Source: an uncultured Candidatus Rokubacteria bacterium (GTDB lineage Bacteria > Methylomirabilota > Methylomirabilia > Rokubacteriales > CSP1-6). From it: a DNA stretch of 64,000 nt. This document shows positions 10,901-20,354 of this stretch, piece after piece. The DNA is taken from NCBI GenBank assembly GCA_963771355.1, contig CAVYTA010000005.1, forward strand, positions 320,001 to 384,000, read 5' to 3'. The position numbers and the translations under genes are program-made. The notes below the pieces were generated by a model that made no database searches, had not been told where the DNA came from, and saw only the letters and a program-made list of their open reading frames with translations. Positions within the stretch are counted from its first letter, which is position 1, and each line of letters starts with the position of its first letter.

Positions 10901-12398
10901 GACGTCTGCGAGACGACCGTCGCGCCAGCGTCGACCGTTACGGTCCGCGCCGAGAGCGAGAGCCCGCCGCCGTCGCCGGCAAAGATCGTAATGCTGCTGA
11001 CGCGGCTCGGGCTTCCGAACACGTCGCGGCCGGAGATGGTGATCGTGTCGGCCGAGATCGCGACGTTGCCCCCTGGTCCCGTGAAGCCGAGGTTCACGCT
11101 CTCGAGGGCGCCGGCCGTCTGCCAGCGTCACCGTTCCACCGGTCGCGGTGACGGTGAGCGATCCCGCGCCCGTTCCCAGCACGCATTGTCGCCGAGGAAA
11201 CTCAGCGTGCTCACGACGGCGCCGTCGGCGATCTCGATGGATCCGCTGACCCCGTCCGCGGGCCGGCCCACGGTGATCCGTATGTTGCCGCCCTGGCCGC
11301 CCCCGGACTGCGTGACGCTGTTGATCGAGGCGCCGCTCGTGACCCGAAGGGTGTCCGCCGTCACGTCGACGTTGCCTCCGCGGCCGGCACCCGAGGTCGC
11401 CGCCGTCACCGACGAAAATCCCGAGACCTCCACGGCGGGCGCCGCCAACCGAATATCGCCCCCTCGGCCGCCCGCGAACGTCTCCGTCACGACCGTCGAC
11501 GAGTTGATGATCTCTAGCCTCTGAGTAGCTCCCAGGTCGATCCCGACCTCGGACGTATTGTTGAACTCGCCGAAGCTTTGCGCGCTGATGAATGCGCCGT
11601 CTATAGTGACCTGGCCCCCGCGGATGACGACCGAGCCGTGCGGGTCGCCGTTCGCGTCGAGAACGCTGCCCGAGATCCCGACCTGGCCTAGGCTCGCCGT
11701 GGTGCCCTGGAGCGTCGCGATGGAGACCTCGCCGCCCGTCACGCTCGCCACCTGCAGGCGGCCGCTGGACGCCTGCAGGTACGCCCCCCGGCGATGGTCA
11801 CGGCTCCGCCCACGATCCCGAGCGTCTGTTCGGGGGGGACCTGCAGGAAGCCGCCATCGACGATGATGGGCCCGCGCGGTCCCAGGAATCCGAAGCTCGC
11901 GGGGTCGGCCACCGAGAGCACGTTCGCCTGCTGGTTCGGACACGTCGACACACAGAACGTGCTGCCGTCGACGAAGCGGATGTAGTCGGCGCTGCTGACG
12001 TGAAACGACCCGCCGACGTTGAGCGTCGCGCCGGCACCGAAGATCACGCCGGCGGGGTTGATCAGGAAGAGGTTGGCGCCCGGGTACGTGAGGCTGTCGA
12101 TGGTCCCGTAGATGCTCGACATCTCGCCCCCCGTAACGCGGCTCAGGATGTTGCGCGTGACCAGGTTCGGCGTCGTGTTCTTGAACTGGGCGGTGTCGAA
12201 GGACCCGACGCTGAACTGGCCGAAGCTGTGAAACAGGTTCTGGCCGCCGCGGGTACCCGCCCGTGATCTCGTATGTCCCGCCCGAGAGGGTGTGACCGTG
12301 GTCCCCAGCCCGCTCGAGGTGATCGCCGTGGGCCCCTGGGCGCGGGCCGGCGCCGCGCCCAGGAGGAGGGCTAACATGACGAGGAAGACGATACCCAT
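7915..12398 (-). CDS. Filamentous-haemagglutinin-family TpsA exoprotein (~1490 aa), frameshifted in this sequence
   Basis: Signal peptide MGIVFLVMLALLLGAAPARA; TPS domain motifs NLFHSFGQFSV, NILSRVTGG, NLFLINPAGVIFG; G/S/T-rich beta-helix repeats; tail C-x-SSLVVAGREGLPLEP. Frameshifts near 12280, 11780, 11170-11100, 9695 and 8955-9005. Confidence 0.88.
8590..10320 (-). repeat. About 8-9 near-identical 189-216 bp coding repeats in TpsA, alternating A/B types
   Basis: GAGATGGTGCCGCCGTCG recurs at 8603, 8801, 9115, 9304, 9502, 9719, 9917 and 10133. Confidence 0.9.
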
Positions 12399-12428
12399 AC
12401 GCTCCTCTAACGTCTACCTTATTCCTGC

Positions 12429-12473
12429 CAGCCGGTCTGCCTGCCGGCAACGGGTCCGCTCGCAGGCCGGCTG
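12429..12473. other. Intergenic stem-loop between the unknown secreted gene and tpsA
   Basis: CAGCCGGTCTGC ... GCAGGCCGGCTG inverted repeat (one G-T pair). Confidence 0.45.
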
Positions 12474-12488
12474 CTTCACACTGACTCC

Positions 12489-14309
12489 TCACTGGGAGAA
12501 GAGGAAGATGGTGTCGCCGGGGCCGACCGGCTCCAGGTTGTAGAGCAGCTCAAACTTCCAGGCCGCCTCGCGGTCATGAGGGGGAAGCTGGTCACCGGCA
12601 TCTCGGTGCGCAGCTGGCAGTCGGGCTGCACGGGCACGTTCTCCGCCTTCGTGAAGGTCTCGCCGGGACCATCGCCCCAGATGAACGAGGGTCCGGCGGG
12701 ATCGCCGTTGGCATCCAGCGGGGTGACCCGCATCGTGAACTCGTCTGAGACCCGGGAAGTCGCACTTCAGGTCCTCCCCGAAGATCGGCGGTCGGCTTCC
12801 GGTTTGCCCGAACGGTCGTCTTGAACGCGCCGATGGTGAAGCTGTTGAGCTCGACCTCCTGGTCCACCGTGGGGTGGTGGTGGTAAGGATGACCGAGATC
12901 GCCCGAAGGTCGGCCCCCGCATATTGGGACGGCATTGACTTGAAACTCGTGATCGTGCCGTTGGGAAGCAGGACGTTATTGGAGTTCACAAGGTTCGCCC
13001 CGCTCGCCCCGCTCGAATCGCAGCCCAGGGGAATCTTGATCACCTCAAACGCGCCGTTCGAAATCGTCGCTAGCTGGAGCTCGACGAACAAAGTGTTCGG
13101 GTTCGGGCAGTCGCGGTCTGCCACGCGTAGTCCACCTTGAGGGAGGTGAGGTCCCGGGGCTGGACTGACCCGGGGGTCGGCACCCAGCTTTGGTAGGCCC
13201 CGTCGTCGAAGAGATCGGTGTTGTTGAAGAGGTCCGAGCGGAGCACCGTGGGCGTGCCCGGGTCAATCGTCGGGGTGAAGGTCACCTTCTCGAGGTTCCA
13301 CCACAGGGGCAACTTGCCCGACTGCTGGAGCTTCGGGAAAAGTCCCTGGTTCTGCTCGAGAAACGCGCGAAGCGTGGGTTGCTGAGTGTAGTCAACGACC
13401 GTGTTGACGTCTGCCGTGAACTCGGGCGCGGCCACGTCGACGGAGGTGTCGATCACCCCATGCGTCATGACGCTGTTGTTCGACCCGCCGACGGCGGCGC
13501 CGCCCACCACCCTCAGCGTCTCGGTGGCCCCCTTGTAGATCGCCGTGAGCTCGCCCTTCAGCGACGGCTTGCAGCTCGACGCCACGCCGACGGTGCCGCA
13601 AGGGATGCTCTTGGTCTCGGACGGGTGCGTCGGCGGCCCGAACGCGCCCCCGGTGGTGAGGTTGTGCACGTTGACCGTCGCCACCGCATTGTCACCGAAC
13701 TGGTTGACCGTGACGTTGTTGGCGAGGAGCTTGAGCGTCAGGCAATGCGGCGGCGTCGTACTGTGGAGGCGCAGGCGCTCGCGGCCAGCCCCGGTCGACT
13801 TGAAGAAGGTGCCGCTCATCGCCGCCGTGTACGCGTAGAGGTTGCCAGTGAGCGCCGGTACTCGTGGTCCGGTCAAGGCGGAGGCATAGGTGATCTTGAG
13901 CGTCACCGCCGGAGTCGACGCGTGGTGCCAGCGCCGGAGAGTGGCGAGCAGCCCGGCCAGGTTCAGGATGTCGCTCGACAGCCCGTCGACGCGGTAGACG
14001 CGGGCCCGGTTCGCGGTGGAGATGTCCCGGATCGTCACCGTCGCGTGTTGGCGACCTGAGATCGTTTCGCGAGCAGGCGGCGTGGTGCGCGGGTGGCAGT
14101 TCGGGCCCCGGCGGACGTTGCTCGTGCACGCGAGCGCCACCGCTGATTGCCTGCGCTGTCCGTGAAGGTGGCCCGGTGGGCAGTGTCCGGGACCGCGGTG
14201 CAATTCGGCCCACCCGCGTCGCCGTGATCGATACCGTGGGGAACGCCTCCGCCGCGCCCGGCGCGGCCAGCATGAAAAGGGCAAGAATCCATAGCAGAGT
14301 GGTCTTCAT
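12489..14309 (-). CDS. Secreted protein of unknown family (~600 aa), multiply frameshifted
   Basis: AGGAG RBS; signal peptide MKTTLLWILALFMLAAPGAAEA. Contiguous coding-like, Thr/Asn/Cys-containing peptide is split over ORFs 13692..14309, 14035..14316, 13070..14284, 12489..13124, 12592..12867 and 12476..12733. Confidence 0.65.
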
Positions 14310-14361
14310 TTGTCACTCCTTCCGCGAGCCCTCAAGCTCGCACGTACCGTTCGTCATCGCG

Positions 14362-16683
14362 TTACAGCCAGTTGTTGATGAGTAGAAACGGCGACCAGAA
14401 TCCGGGATGTTCGTAGCGTGGATCACTCAGCAGCTTCACCTGCGCGCGCTGGAGGGCCACCCCTCGTGAGACCGAGGGGCTCTTCAGCTCACGGTAAAAA
14501 TCCGCAATCAGTCCGGCGGAGGCCTCGTCATTGACGCTCCACAGCGTGGCCACCGCGCTCCGGGCGCCGGCCTTGACGGCGACGCCGGCCAGCCCCAGCG
14601 CCGCCCGATCGTCACCCTCGGCGGTGTCGCACGCGCTCAGGGTCAGGAGCTCGAGGGGCTCGTCCCGGTACTTGAGCACCCCGATCAGCTGATCGAGGCG
14701 GTCCATCGTCACCTTGCCGTCGAAGGCGAGGAGGAAGGTCTTGTCCACGTCGCCGCCGAACTCGCCATGCGAGGCGACGTGGAGAATCGAGTAGGTGCCC
14801 GTCTTCAGCTCGCGCTCGAGGCTGGCGACGGAGAACTGCGCGTTGAGGAGGGTGGTCCCGCCGAAGACCTCCCGCACGTTGGCGATCTCCGTCTCGACCT
14901 CGGGCAGCGGCGCGAACCCCTGGACCGCCTCGGTCACTCCCACCGCCAGGATCCGGGGGTTCTTGCGATCGAGCGGGCGCGGGTCGGTGAGCTTGAGGCC
15001 GGGGGTGATGGCCAGCGCGTATTTTGCTATCAAGAACTGCTTACCGTCGTGGAGCGCCGCCATCGGAATCGTACGGAGCGGGCCATCCGGCACGAACACC
15101 AGGGTGTCGATCTTGGCGGCGGCCAGCTCGGCCTCCAGCGGGCGGATCAGCCACTCGTGGAGCTGTTGAGCGGGGCGCAGGTACTGGCGGGTGGTTCGAC
15201 GCTCGAGCAGGTTCCGGAACCGCCGGACCTCCTGCGTGAGCCTGGCCTCCCCGATCGGCACCACGAAGCGCCGGAGCCCGGACGGGAGCGTGACCAGCAG
15301 CTCGATTCGATCGGCCAGCACGATCGGGTACACGACGGCGGCGGTCGGCGACACGACGTCGAGCTGGGTCATCCGCGACAGCGCGATGTCCACGCAGTCG
15401 TCGCGGAAGTAGTCGCGCAGCTCCGCGACCTTGAAGGACTCTACCACCTCACGCGCTTCGGTGAGGAGGGTCAGGCGCTCCCGGTCCAGCGTGGTCCCTC
15501 CGGCCGCTCCCGACGGGGCTGCCTGGCCATCGCCCGCCCGGCGGAGGAGCAGGTCGACGAGCTCGAAGTAGAGCGGTCCGATGGACTCGCGAAACGAATC
15601 CGCGGACGCGTCGTAGCGCACCGACAGCTCCGGTCGCACCGCGGCCACGTGCTGGGCGGCGGCGCGATAGGCGGTGAGGGCCTCATCCATCGCGCCCATC
15701 TTCCGGTGCAGCCGCGCCACCTGCCACTGCCACCGGTACAGCGCCTCCGGCGCGTGCGCCTGCTGCGCGGCGAAGATCGCCTCGCGCGTCAGCTGTAGCG
15801 CCTCGGGGTACCGGCGCTCGTCCTCGTACAGGGCTCCGAGGTAGCCCCTCGCATAGGACGTGGTCCGCCGGTCGCCGAGCTGCTCCGCGATTTCGCTCGC
15901 CCGGCTGAAAGCCCGGGCGGCGCGCAGGATCAGCTCGCCCCGGGGGTCCGGACCCGTCCCGCGCAGCTCGCGATAGCCGACGCCAATGCTCACGAGGAGG
16001 AATGACGCCTCTCGGGAGGGGCTGGACTGCTCCGCCGAAGCGAGCGCGTCGTCGAGGGCCTCCCGGGCCGCCCGGGCGTCCCCGGCCTCCCGCAGGGCTC
16101 GGGCCAGGTTGACTCGGGCCCGCGTTCGTTGGGACATGTCGCCGGTTCGCTCCGCGAGCGCGGCGCTCTCGCGATAGACGGCGACGGCCTCGGGCGCCTT
16201 CCTCCGTGTGGCCAGGAAATTCCCGAGGTCATTCAGCACGGCGGCGGTGAGCGCCGTGTCCCCGCCCTCCCGTGCCATGTCGAGAGCCCGCCTCAGCGTG
16301 ATCTCGGCGGCGTCGGGGGGGCCGGTCGCGATGAGGACATTTCCCAGTCGGGACAGGATCCACGGGACGTGCGCGCGCTCCTCGGAGCCTTCCGCCAGCT
16401 TCAACGCCCGATCGAGGACTCCGACGGCCTGCCGGTACCGTCCGAGCGCGGCGTATGCCTCGCTCGCGTGCACCAGCGCCAGGATCTGGCCCGCTCGATC
16501 GCCCGCCTGCTCCGACGCGCTCGCGGCGAGCATCCAGCTTTCGATCGCGCGATCGAAGGCGCCTCGCTCGAAGGCGGCGCGCCCCGTCGCCAGGTGCGCT
16601 TGGACGTCGGGTGACGGGGCTGCAGACGCGGGTGAGCAGAGGAAGGCCGTCAGGAGGACAAGGACGAGCAAGACGTAAGGCAC
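14362..16683 (-). CDS. TPR-CHAT (caspase/separase-like) cysteine protease with signal peptide
   Basis: AGGAG then GTG at 16683; hydrophobic leader ending ASA-AP; TPR helices; CHAT motifs LVFVPDGPLRTIPMAAL, ILHVASHG, LTLSACDTAEG, VATLWSVND, HPGFWSPFLLINNW. Confidence 0.92.
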   Translation of the reverse strand: MPYVLLVLVLLTAFLCSPASAAPSPDVQAHLATGRAAFERGAFDRAIESWMLAASASEQAGDRAGQILALVHASEAYAALGRYRQAVGVLDRALKLAEGSEERAHVPWILSRLGNVLIATGPPDAAEITLRRALDMAREGGDTALTAAVLNDLGNFLATRRKAPEAVAVYRESAALAERTGDMSQRTRARVNLARALREAGDARAAREALDDALASAEQSSPSREASFLLVSIGVGYRELRGTGPDPRGELILRAARAFSRASEIAEQLGDRRTTSYARGYLGALYEDERRYPEALQLTREAIFAAQQAHAPEALYRWQWQVARLHRKMGAMDEALTAYRAAAQHVAAVRPELSVRYDASADSFRESIGPLYFELVDLLLRRAGDGQAAPSGAAGGTTLDRERLTLLTEAREVVESFKVAELRDYFRDDCVDIALSRMTQLDVVSPTAAVVYPIVLADRIELLVTLPSGLRRFVVPIGEARLTQEVRRFRNLLERRTTRQYLRPAQQLHEWLIRPLEAELAAAKIDTLVFVPDGPLRTIPMAALHDGKQFLIAKYALAITPGLKLTDPRPLDRKNPRILAVGVTEAVQGFAPLPEVETEIANVREVFGGTTLLNAQFSVASLERELKTGTYSILHVASHGEFGGDVDKTFLLAFDGKVTMDRLDQLIGVLKYRDEPLELLTLSACDTAEGDDRAALGLAGVAVKAGARSAVATLWSVNDEASAGLIADFYRELKSPSVSRGVALQRAQVKLLSDPRYEHPGFWSPFLLINNWL

Positions 16684-16820
16684 GAGCGAAGCTCCTATGC
16701 GTGGGAGAGGGTCTTGGAACACATACACTAATGGAGGAAGGATTGTCAAGACCGACAAGTACTTACCAGATTTGCGAGGCGCGGACTGGTGCAGCCCATA
16801 CCGTAAGCGCACAAACTGAT

Positions 16821-16846
16821 GACAACGCGATAACAGCCACTTAAGG
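16821..16846. promoter_or_regulatory. 26-bp motif shared with 3095-3120, upstream of the CHAT operon
   Basis: 23/26 identity to the motif upstream of the S8 gene, same orientation relative to transcription. Confidence 0.55.
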
Positions 16847-16862
16847 ACCGGCGCGCCGGGAG

Positions 16863-17906
16863 CTACACGGGCTCGAGCGGCGCGCTCAGCCGTGCGCCGG
16901 GCAGGACGATGCCCCCGCGGTCGCCGATCTCCACTCCGCCGTAGCGATCCGCGAAAGCGGGCGGCAGCGGCCGGCCGTCGGGGGGGCACAGCCAGAGTCG
17001 AAGCAGGTGACGCTTGAGCGAAGGCTCCGGCCAATCCTCGTACTCGGTGCGGTCGTGCAGCACCTGGTGGTTGTGCACGAGCTGGATGTCGCCGGGCTCG
17101 AAGGCCATGTTGAGCACGAGGGCGGGGTCCTCCACCGTCGCGTCGAACACGTCGAGCGCCTCGATCTGCCGCGGGGTCAGGCGGGGCACCTCGGGGAAGC
17201 GCTGGGCCGACTCGATGTACCGCCGCACGAAGATGGTGGACAGGAGCCCCGCGTGCCAGTTGAAGACGGGCACCGCGAACCACGGGCGCTTCCCTTCGGG
17301 CACCTCGCCTCGCCGGTCGGTGTGGAAGGGCTCGAAGAGGGTCGGCAGGACGTCCGGCCGCCGGGCGTGTATCGCGTTGAAGACGGTCACCGAGCTCACC
17401 AGGCTCGAGAGCCCGCCGGCCTTCGCCTTGCGCACGCAGAGGAGGCCCACGAGGTCCACGGAGTCGGTGTGGTAGTTCTGCCGTTTCGTCGTCTGGTAGA
17501 CGCGGACGCTGGGATCGTGCACGTCGTAGCCCAGGTCGCGCACGTGGCCGAGGAGATGTCCCTTGCCGTTCTGGGAGCGGGGGCGACCGAACCAGGCGCC
17601 CATCCCCCAGTAGAGCGCGGCGAGGTCGGCGAGGTCATGGCGCTGGGCGGGGAGCCCGCGCAGCAGCGCGAAGCCGCGACCGTGAAGGAGCTCCGCGCGG
17701 AGCGCCTCGAGGCGGGGCCCCAGCGCGGGCAGGGGGAAGTCCGCCTTCCGGATGTCCTCCAGGGCGAGGCCACGGCGGCGCACCGCCGCCAGCGCCGCCT
17801 CCAGCTCGGCCACGTCCGCGGCGGAGAGCCGGACCATCCACTCCTCCGAGCGGGCAAGCTCCGCGCCGCGCCACGCCGACGGCCCCGTGATGGGACCCGG
17901 CGGCAT
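16863..17906 (-). CDS. TauD/TfdA family Fe(II)/2-oxoglutarate dioxygenase
   Basis: GPSAWRG start; YHTDSVD (HxD); GDIQLVHNHQVLHDRT; RHLLRLWL. This is the C-terminal part of ORF 16863..19505. Confidence 0.88.
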   Translation of the reverse strand: MPPGPITGPSAWRGAELARSEEWMVRLSAADVAELEAALAAVRRRGLALEDIRKADFPLPALGPRLEALRAELLHGRGFALLRGLPAQRHDLADLAALYWGMGAWFGRPRSQNGKGHLLGHVRDLGYDVHDPSVRVYQTTKRQNYHTDSVDLVGLLCVRKAKAGGLSSLVSSVTVFNAIHARRPDVLPTLFEPFHTDRRGEVPEGKRPWFAVPVFNWHAGLLSTIFVRRYIESAQRFPEVPRLTPRQIEALDVFDATVEDPALVLNMAFEPGDIQLVHNHQVLHDRTEYEDWPEPSLKRHLLRLWLCPPDGRPLPPAFADRYGGVEIGDRGGIVLPGARLSAPLEPV

Positions 17907-17926
17907 GGGCGGCGCGGTGGCGGCGC

Positions 17927-18763
17927 TCAGCGAATGAACTTGGCCCACTGGTCGAGCAGCGGCAGCACGACGTCCCGACCGTCGGAGGGCAGGCGAAGGA
18001 TGGCGCGGGTCACGCCGGCCTGCGCGAGCTGGTCGAGACCGGCCTCCTCGGGGCGGGCGCCGAACACCGAGACCGAGATCGTCTTCATGTCGCGCCCCTT
18101 CTTGGCCGCGCGCGCCTTGAGGTCGGCCAGCCCGGAGAGGATGATCTCGGGCGCCCGCCCGCGCGGGAACCAGCCCTCGCAGAAGTCCACCACGCGCTGC
18201 AGCGTGTGGCCGCTCTCGCCCCCCATGAGCACGGGCGGGTTCGGCTTCTGGGCGGGCTTGGGCCAGGACCAGATCTTGTCGAAGTTCACGAACTGGCCGT
18301 GGTACTCCGCCTCGTCCTTGCTCCAGATCTCCTTCATGGCCAGGATCTGCTCGGTCATCTTCTTGAAGCGCGTCTTGAACTCGGTGCCGTGATTCTCCAT
18401 CTCCTCCGCGTTCCAGCCCGCGCCCACGCCGAGCTCGAAGCGCCCGCCGGACAGCACGTCCAGGCTCGCCACTTCCTTGGCGGTGACGATGGTGTCGCGC
18501 TCGATGATCAGGCAGATGCCGGTGCCGATCCGGATCTTCTTGGTCACGGCGGCGGCGGCCATGAGGGACACGAAGGGGTCGAAGGTGTGCGAGTACTCCT
18601 TGGGCAGCGGGCCGCCGGCGGGGAAGGGCGTGCGCCGGCTCACCGGGATGTGGGTGTGCTCGGGCACGAACAGCGACTCGAAGCCGCGGTCCTCGGCGGC
18701 CCGGGCCAGCTCGTCGATGCGGATGGCATAGTCGGTCGCGAACATGCAGACGCCGATCTTCAT
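17927..18763 (-). CDS. LLM-class oxidoreductase, probably F420-dependent (Rv2161c-like)
   Basis: AEDRGFESLFVPEHTHIP, AKEVASLDVLSGGRFELGVGAGWN, WPKPAQKP. Confidence 0.88.
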   Translation of the reverse strand: MKIGVCMFATDYAIRIDELARAAEDRGFESLFVPEHTHIPVSRRTPFPAGGPLPKEYSHTFDPFVSLMAAAAVTKKIRIGTGICLIIERDTIVTAKEVASLDVLSGGRFELGVGAGWNAEEMENHGTEFKTRFKKMTEQILAMKEIWSKDEAEYHGQFVNFDKIWSWPKPAQKPNPPVLMGGESGHTLQRVVDFCEGWFPRGRAPEIILSGLADLKARAAKKGRDMKTISVSVFGARPEEAGLDQLAQAGVTRAILRLPSDGRDVVLPLLDQWAKFIR

Positions 18764-18775
18764 GGTGCCTCCCGG

Positions 18776-19921
18776 TCAGTGAGTGATGAAGCCGTAGAGC
18801 CGGCCCGCGTTCTCGCAGATCACCTGGCGGCGCGTCGCCTCGGGGAGATGGCCGAGCTCCCGGGCGATGAACTCCTGCGAGTCGGGCCAGATGCCGTCGG
18901 GATGGGGGAAGTCCGAGCCCCACATGATGGTCTCGGGCCCGAGCTCTTCGATGAGGGCGATGCCGATGCGGTCGGTCTGGTAGGTGGCCTTGCACTGCCG
19001 CCGCCAGTAGTCGCTCGGCCGCATCGAGAGCCCGAGATCCTTGAACTGGTCCTCCCACTCGAGGTCCATGCGGTCGAGGATGTAGGGGATCCAGCCGATG
19101 CCGCTCTCGCCGATGACGATCTTGAGCTGGGGATAGCGCTCCAGCACCCCGCCGAAGATCACGCCCATGAGGACATTGGCCATGCCCAGCTGGAATCCGG
19201 TGATGTGGGTGGCGAAGGCGGCGCGGGCCACGCGCGGCGGCAGGCTCGACCAGTCGGGACGCTTGCCGCCGATGGTGTGGAAGTGAACGGGCAGGCCCGC
19301 GGCGTGGGCGGCTCCCCACAGCGGCTCCCAGACCGGATCGTAGAGCGCGGGCATGTCGTGGGAATTGGCCACCTCGATGCCGCGCGCTCCGCCGCGCTTG
19401 GCCACCCGCTCGATCTCGGCTACCGCCGCCTCGACGGAGAGGCTCGGGATGCAGGCCAGCCCCGCGTAGCGCTCGGGATGTGCCCCGCAGAAGTCGGCGA
19501 GCCACTCGTTGTAGATGCGCATCACCTCCGCGGCCGCCTCGGGATCTTGAAGTCGATCGCTGGTGCCGAGAATGCCGTAGAGCACTTCCGCCTGCACTCC
19601 GTCGCGCTCCTGGTCCTTGAGGCGCAGGTGCGGGTCGGTGAGCCGGCGCACCCCGCGGCGCCCGTCGTCGTAGAGCCCGGTGGAGGCCATGCGGTCGGAG
19701 CGGTGGATCTGTCCCGGCACGTACTCGCGGCCGGCCGAGCCCATGCCGTTGACCAGCCCGAACTGCGCGCCCTTCTTCGAGACCCAGATCGGGCCCTTGG
19801 GCCCGTCGGTCACATAGGGCATCCGGTCCCGCATGGCCGCCGACGCGTTCGTGGTGAAGAGATCGGGCGGCAGCCAGATCAGATCGAGATGGCAGTCGGC
19901 GGAGATGACGCGGTAGTCCAT
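18776..19921 (-). CDS. Amidohydrolase_2 family protein
   Basis: ISADCH, LPVHFH, ESGIGWIP, MWGSDFPHPD, ENAGRLY. Confidence 0.88.
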   Translation of the reverse strand: MDYRVISADCHLDLIWLPPDLFTTNASAAMRDRMPYVTDGPKGPIWVSKKGAQFGLVNGMGSAGREYVPGQIHRSDRMASTGLYDDGRRGVRRLTDPHLRLKDQERDGVQAEVLYGILGTSDRLQDPEAAAEVMRIYNEWLADFCGAHPERYAGLACIPSLSVEAAVAEIERVAKRGGARGIEVANSHDMPALYDPVWEPLWGAAHAAGLPVHFHTIGGKRPDWSSLPPRVARAAFATHITGFQLGMANVLMGVIFGGVLERYPQLKIVIGESGIGWIPYILDRMDLEWEDQFKDLGLSMRPSDYWRRQCKATYQTDRIGIALIEELGPETIMWGSDFPHPDGIWPDSQEFIARELGHLPEATRRQVICENAGRLYGFITH

Positions 19922-19932
19922 GTCGGGTCTCC

Positions 19933-20292
19933 TCACCCTCCGGCGAGCTTGACAGTGTAGGCGCGCGCGCGGAGCCACTCCGCCACGCGCTCGCGATGGT
20001 CGCCCTGGACCTCGATGCGGCCGTCCTTGACGGTGCCGCCGGCGCCGCAGAGGCGCTTGAGCTCCCCGGCGAGGCGCTCGAGCGCGGGCCCCCGCTCGCG
20101 CAGCCCGCGAACGACCGTCACCACCTTGCCCCCCCGCTGACTCCGGTCACGGAAAAGGCGCACCACGCCGTCATCGGGAACGATCGGAGACGACGGCGCC
20201 GACGGCGGGGTGAATCGCGGTGGAGGGGCCGGCGTCCGCGCCGGCCGGGCGCGTCCTCCGTCGGTGGAGTAGACGAGGCGGCTCCGCGTCAT
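19933..20292 (-). CDS. yciH: SUI1-family translation initiation factor/inhibitor
   Basis: RLVYST; RGGKVVTVVRGL; LKRLCGAGGTVKDGRIEVQGDHRE. Confidence 0.92.
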   Translation of the reverse strand: MTRSRLVYSTDGGRARPARTPAPPPRFTPPSAPSSPIVPDDGVVRLFRDRSQRGGKVVTVVRGLRERGPALERLAGELKRLCGAGGTVKDGRIEVQGDHRERVAEWLRARAYTVKLAGG

Positions 20293-20354
20293 GGGCGGTA
20301 GTCTAGCAGTATTCTGGTGTAACCTGGGGCCCGGGGAGGAGGGGGACCGCCGAC

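Noticed and set aside
6116..11151. Long plus-strand ORFs (803 aa and 1089 aa) and similar long antisense ORFs elsewhere, e.g. 34010..36730 and 39143..41833
   Set aside because: Shadow frames of GC-rich genes on the opposite strand; R/A/G/P-rich with no motifs.
7915..12398. CDI (CdiA) toxin system
   Set aside because: No VENN/DUF637-type region, toxin tip or small immunity gene; tpsB follows directly.
14362..16683. Craspase or gasdermin-type defence system
   Set aside because: No Cas7-11, CRISPR array, gasdermin or NLR-like gene nearby, and the protease appears to be exported.
16720..16758. sigma70 promoter for the CHAT operon
   Set aside because: TTGACA is present on the minus strand within TTGTC-N6-GACAA, but there is no TANNNT at 16-18 bp spacing.
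16684..17283. N-terminal extension of the 973-aa CHAT ORF, and apparent fusions in ORFs 16863..19505, 21658..23079, 28234..29586, 34724..36982, 41173..43329 and 46167..47987
   Set aside because: Extensions overlap other real genes out of frame. Better starts exist downstream. The thioredoxin-CMD join is produced by a frameshift near 29050.
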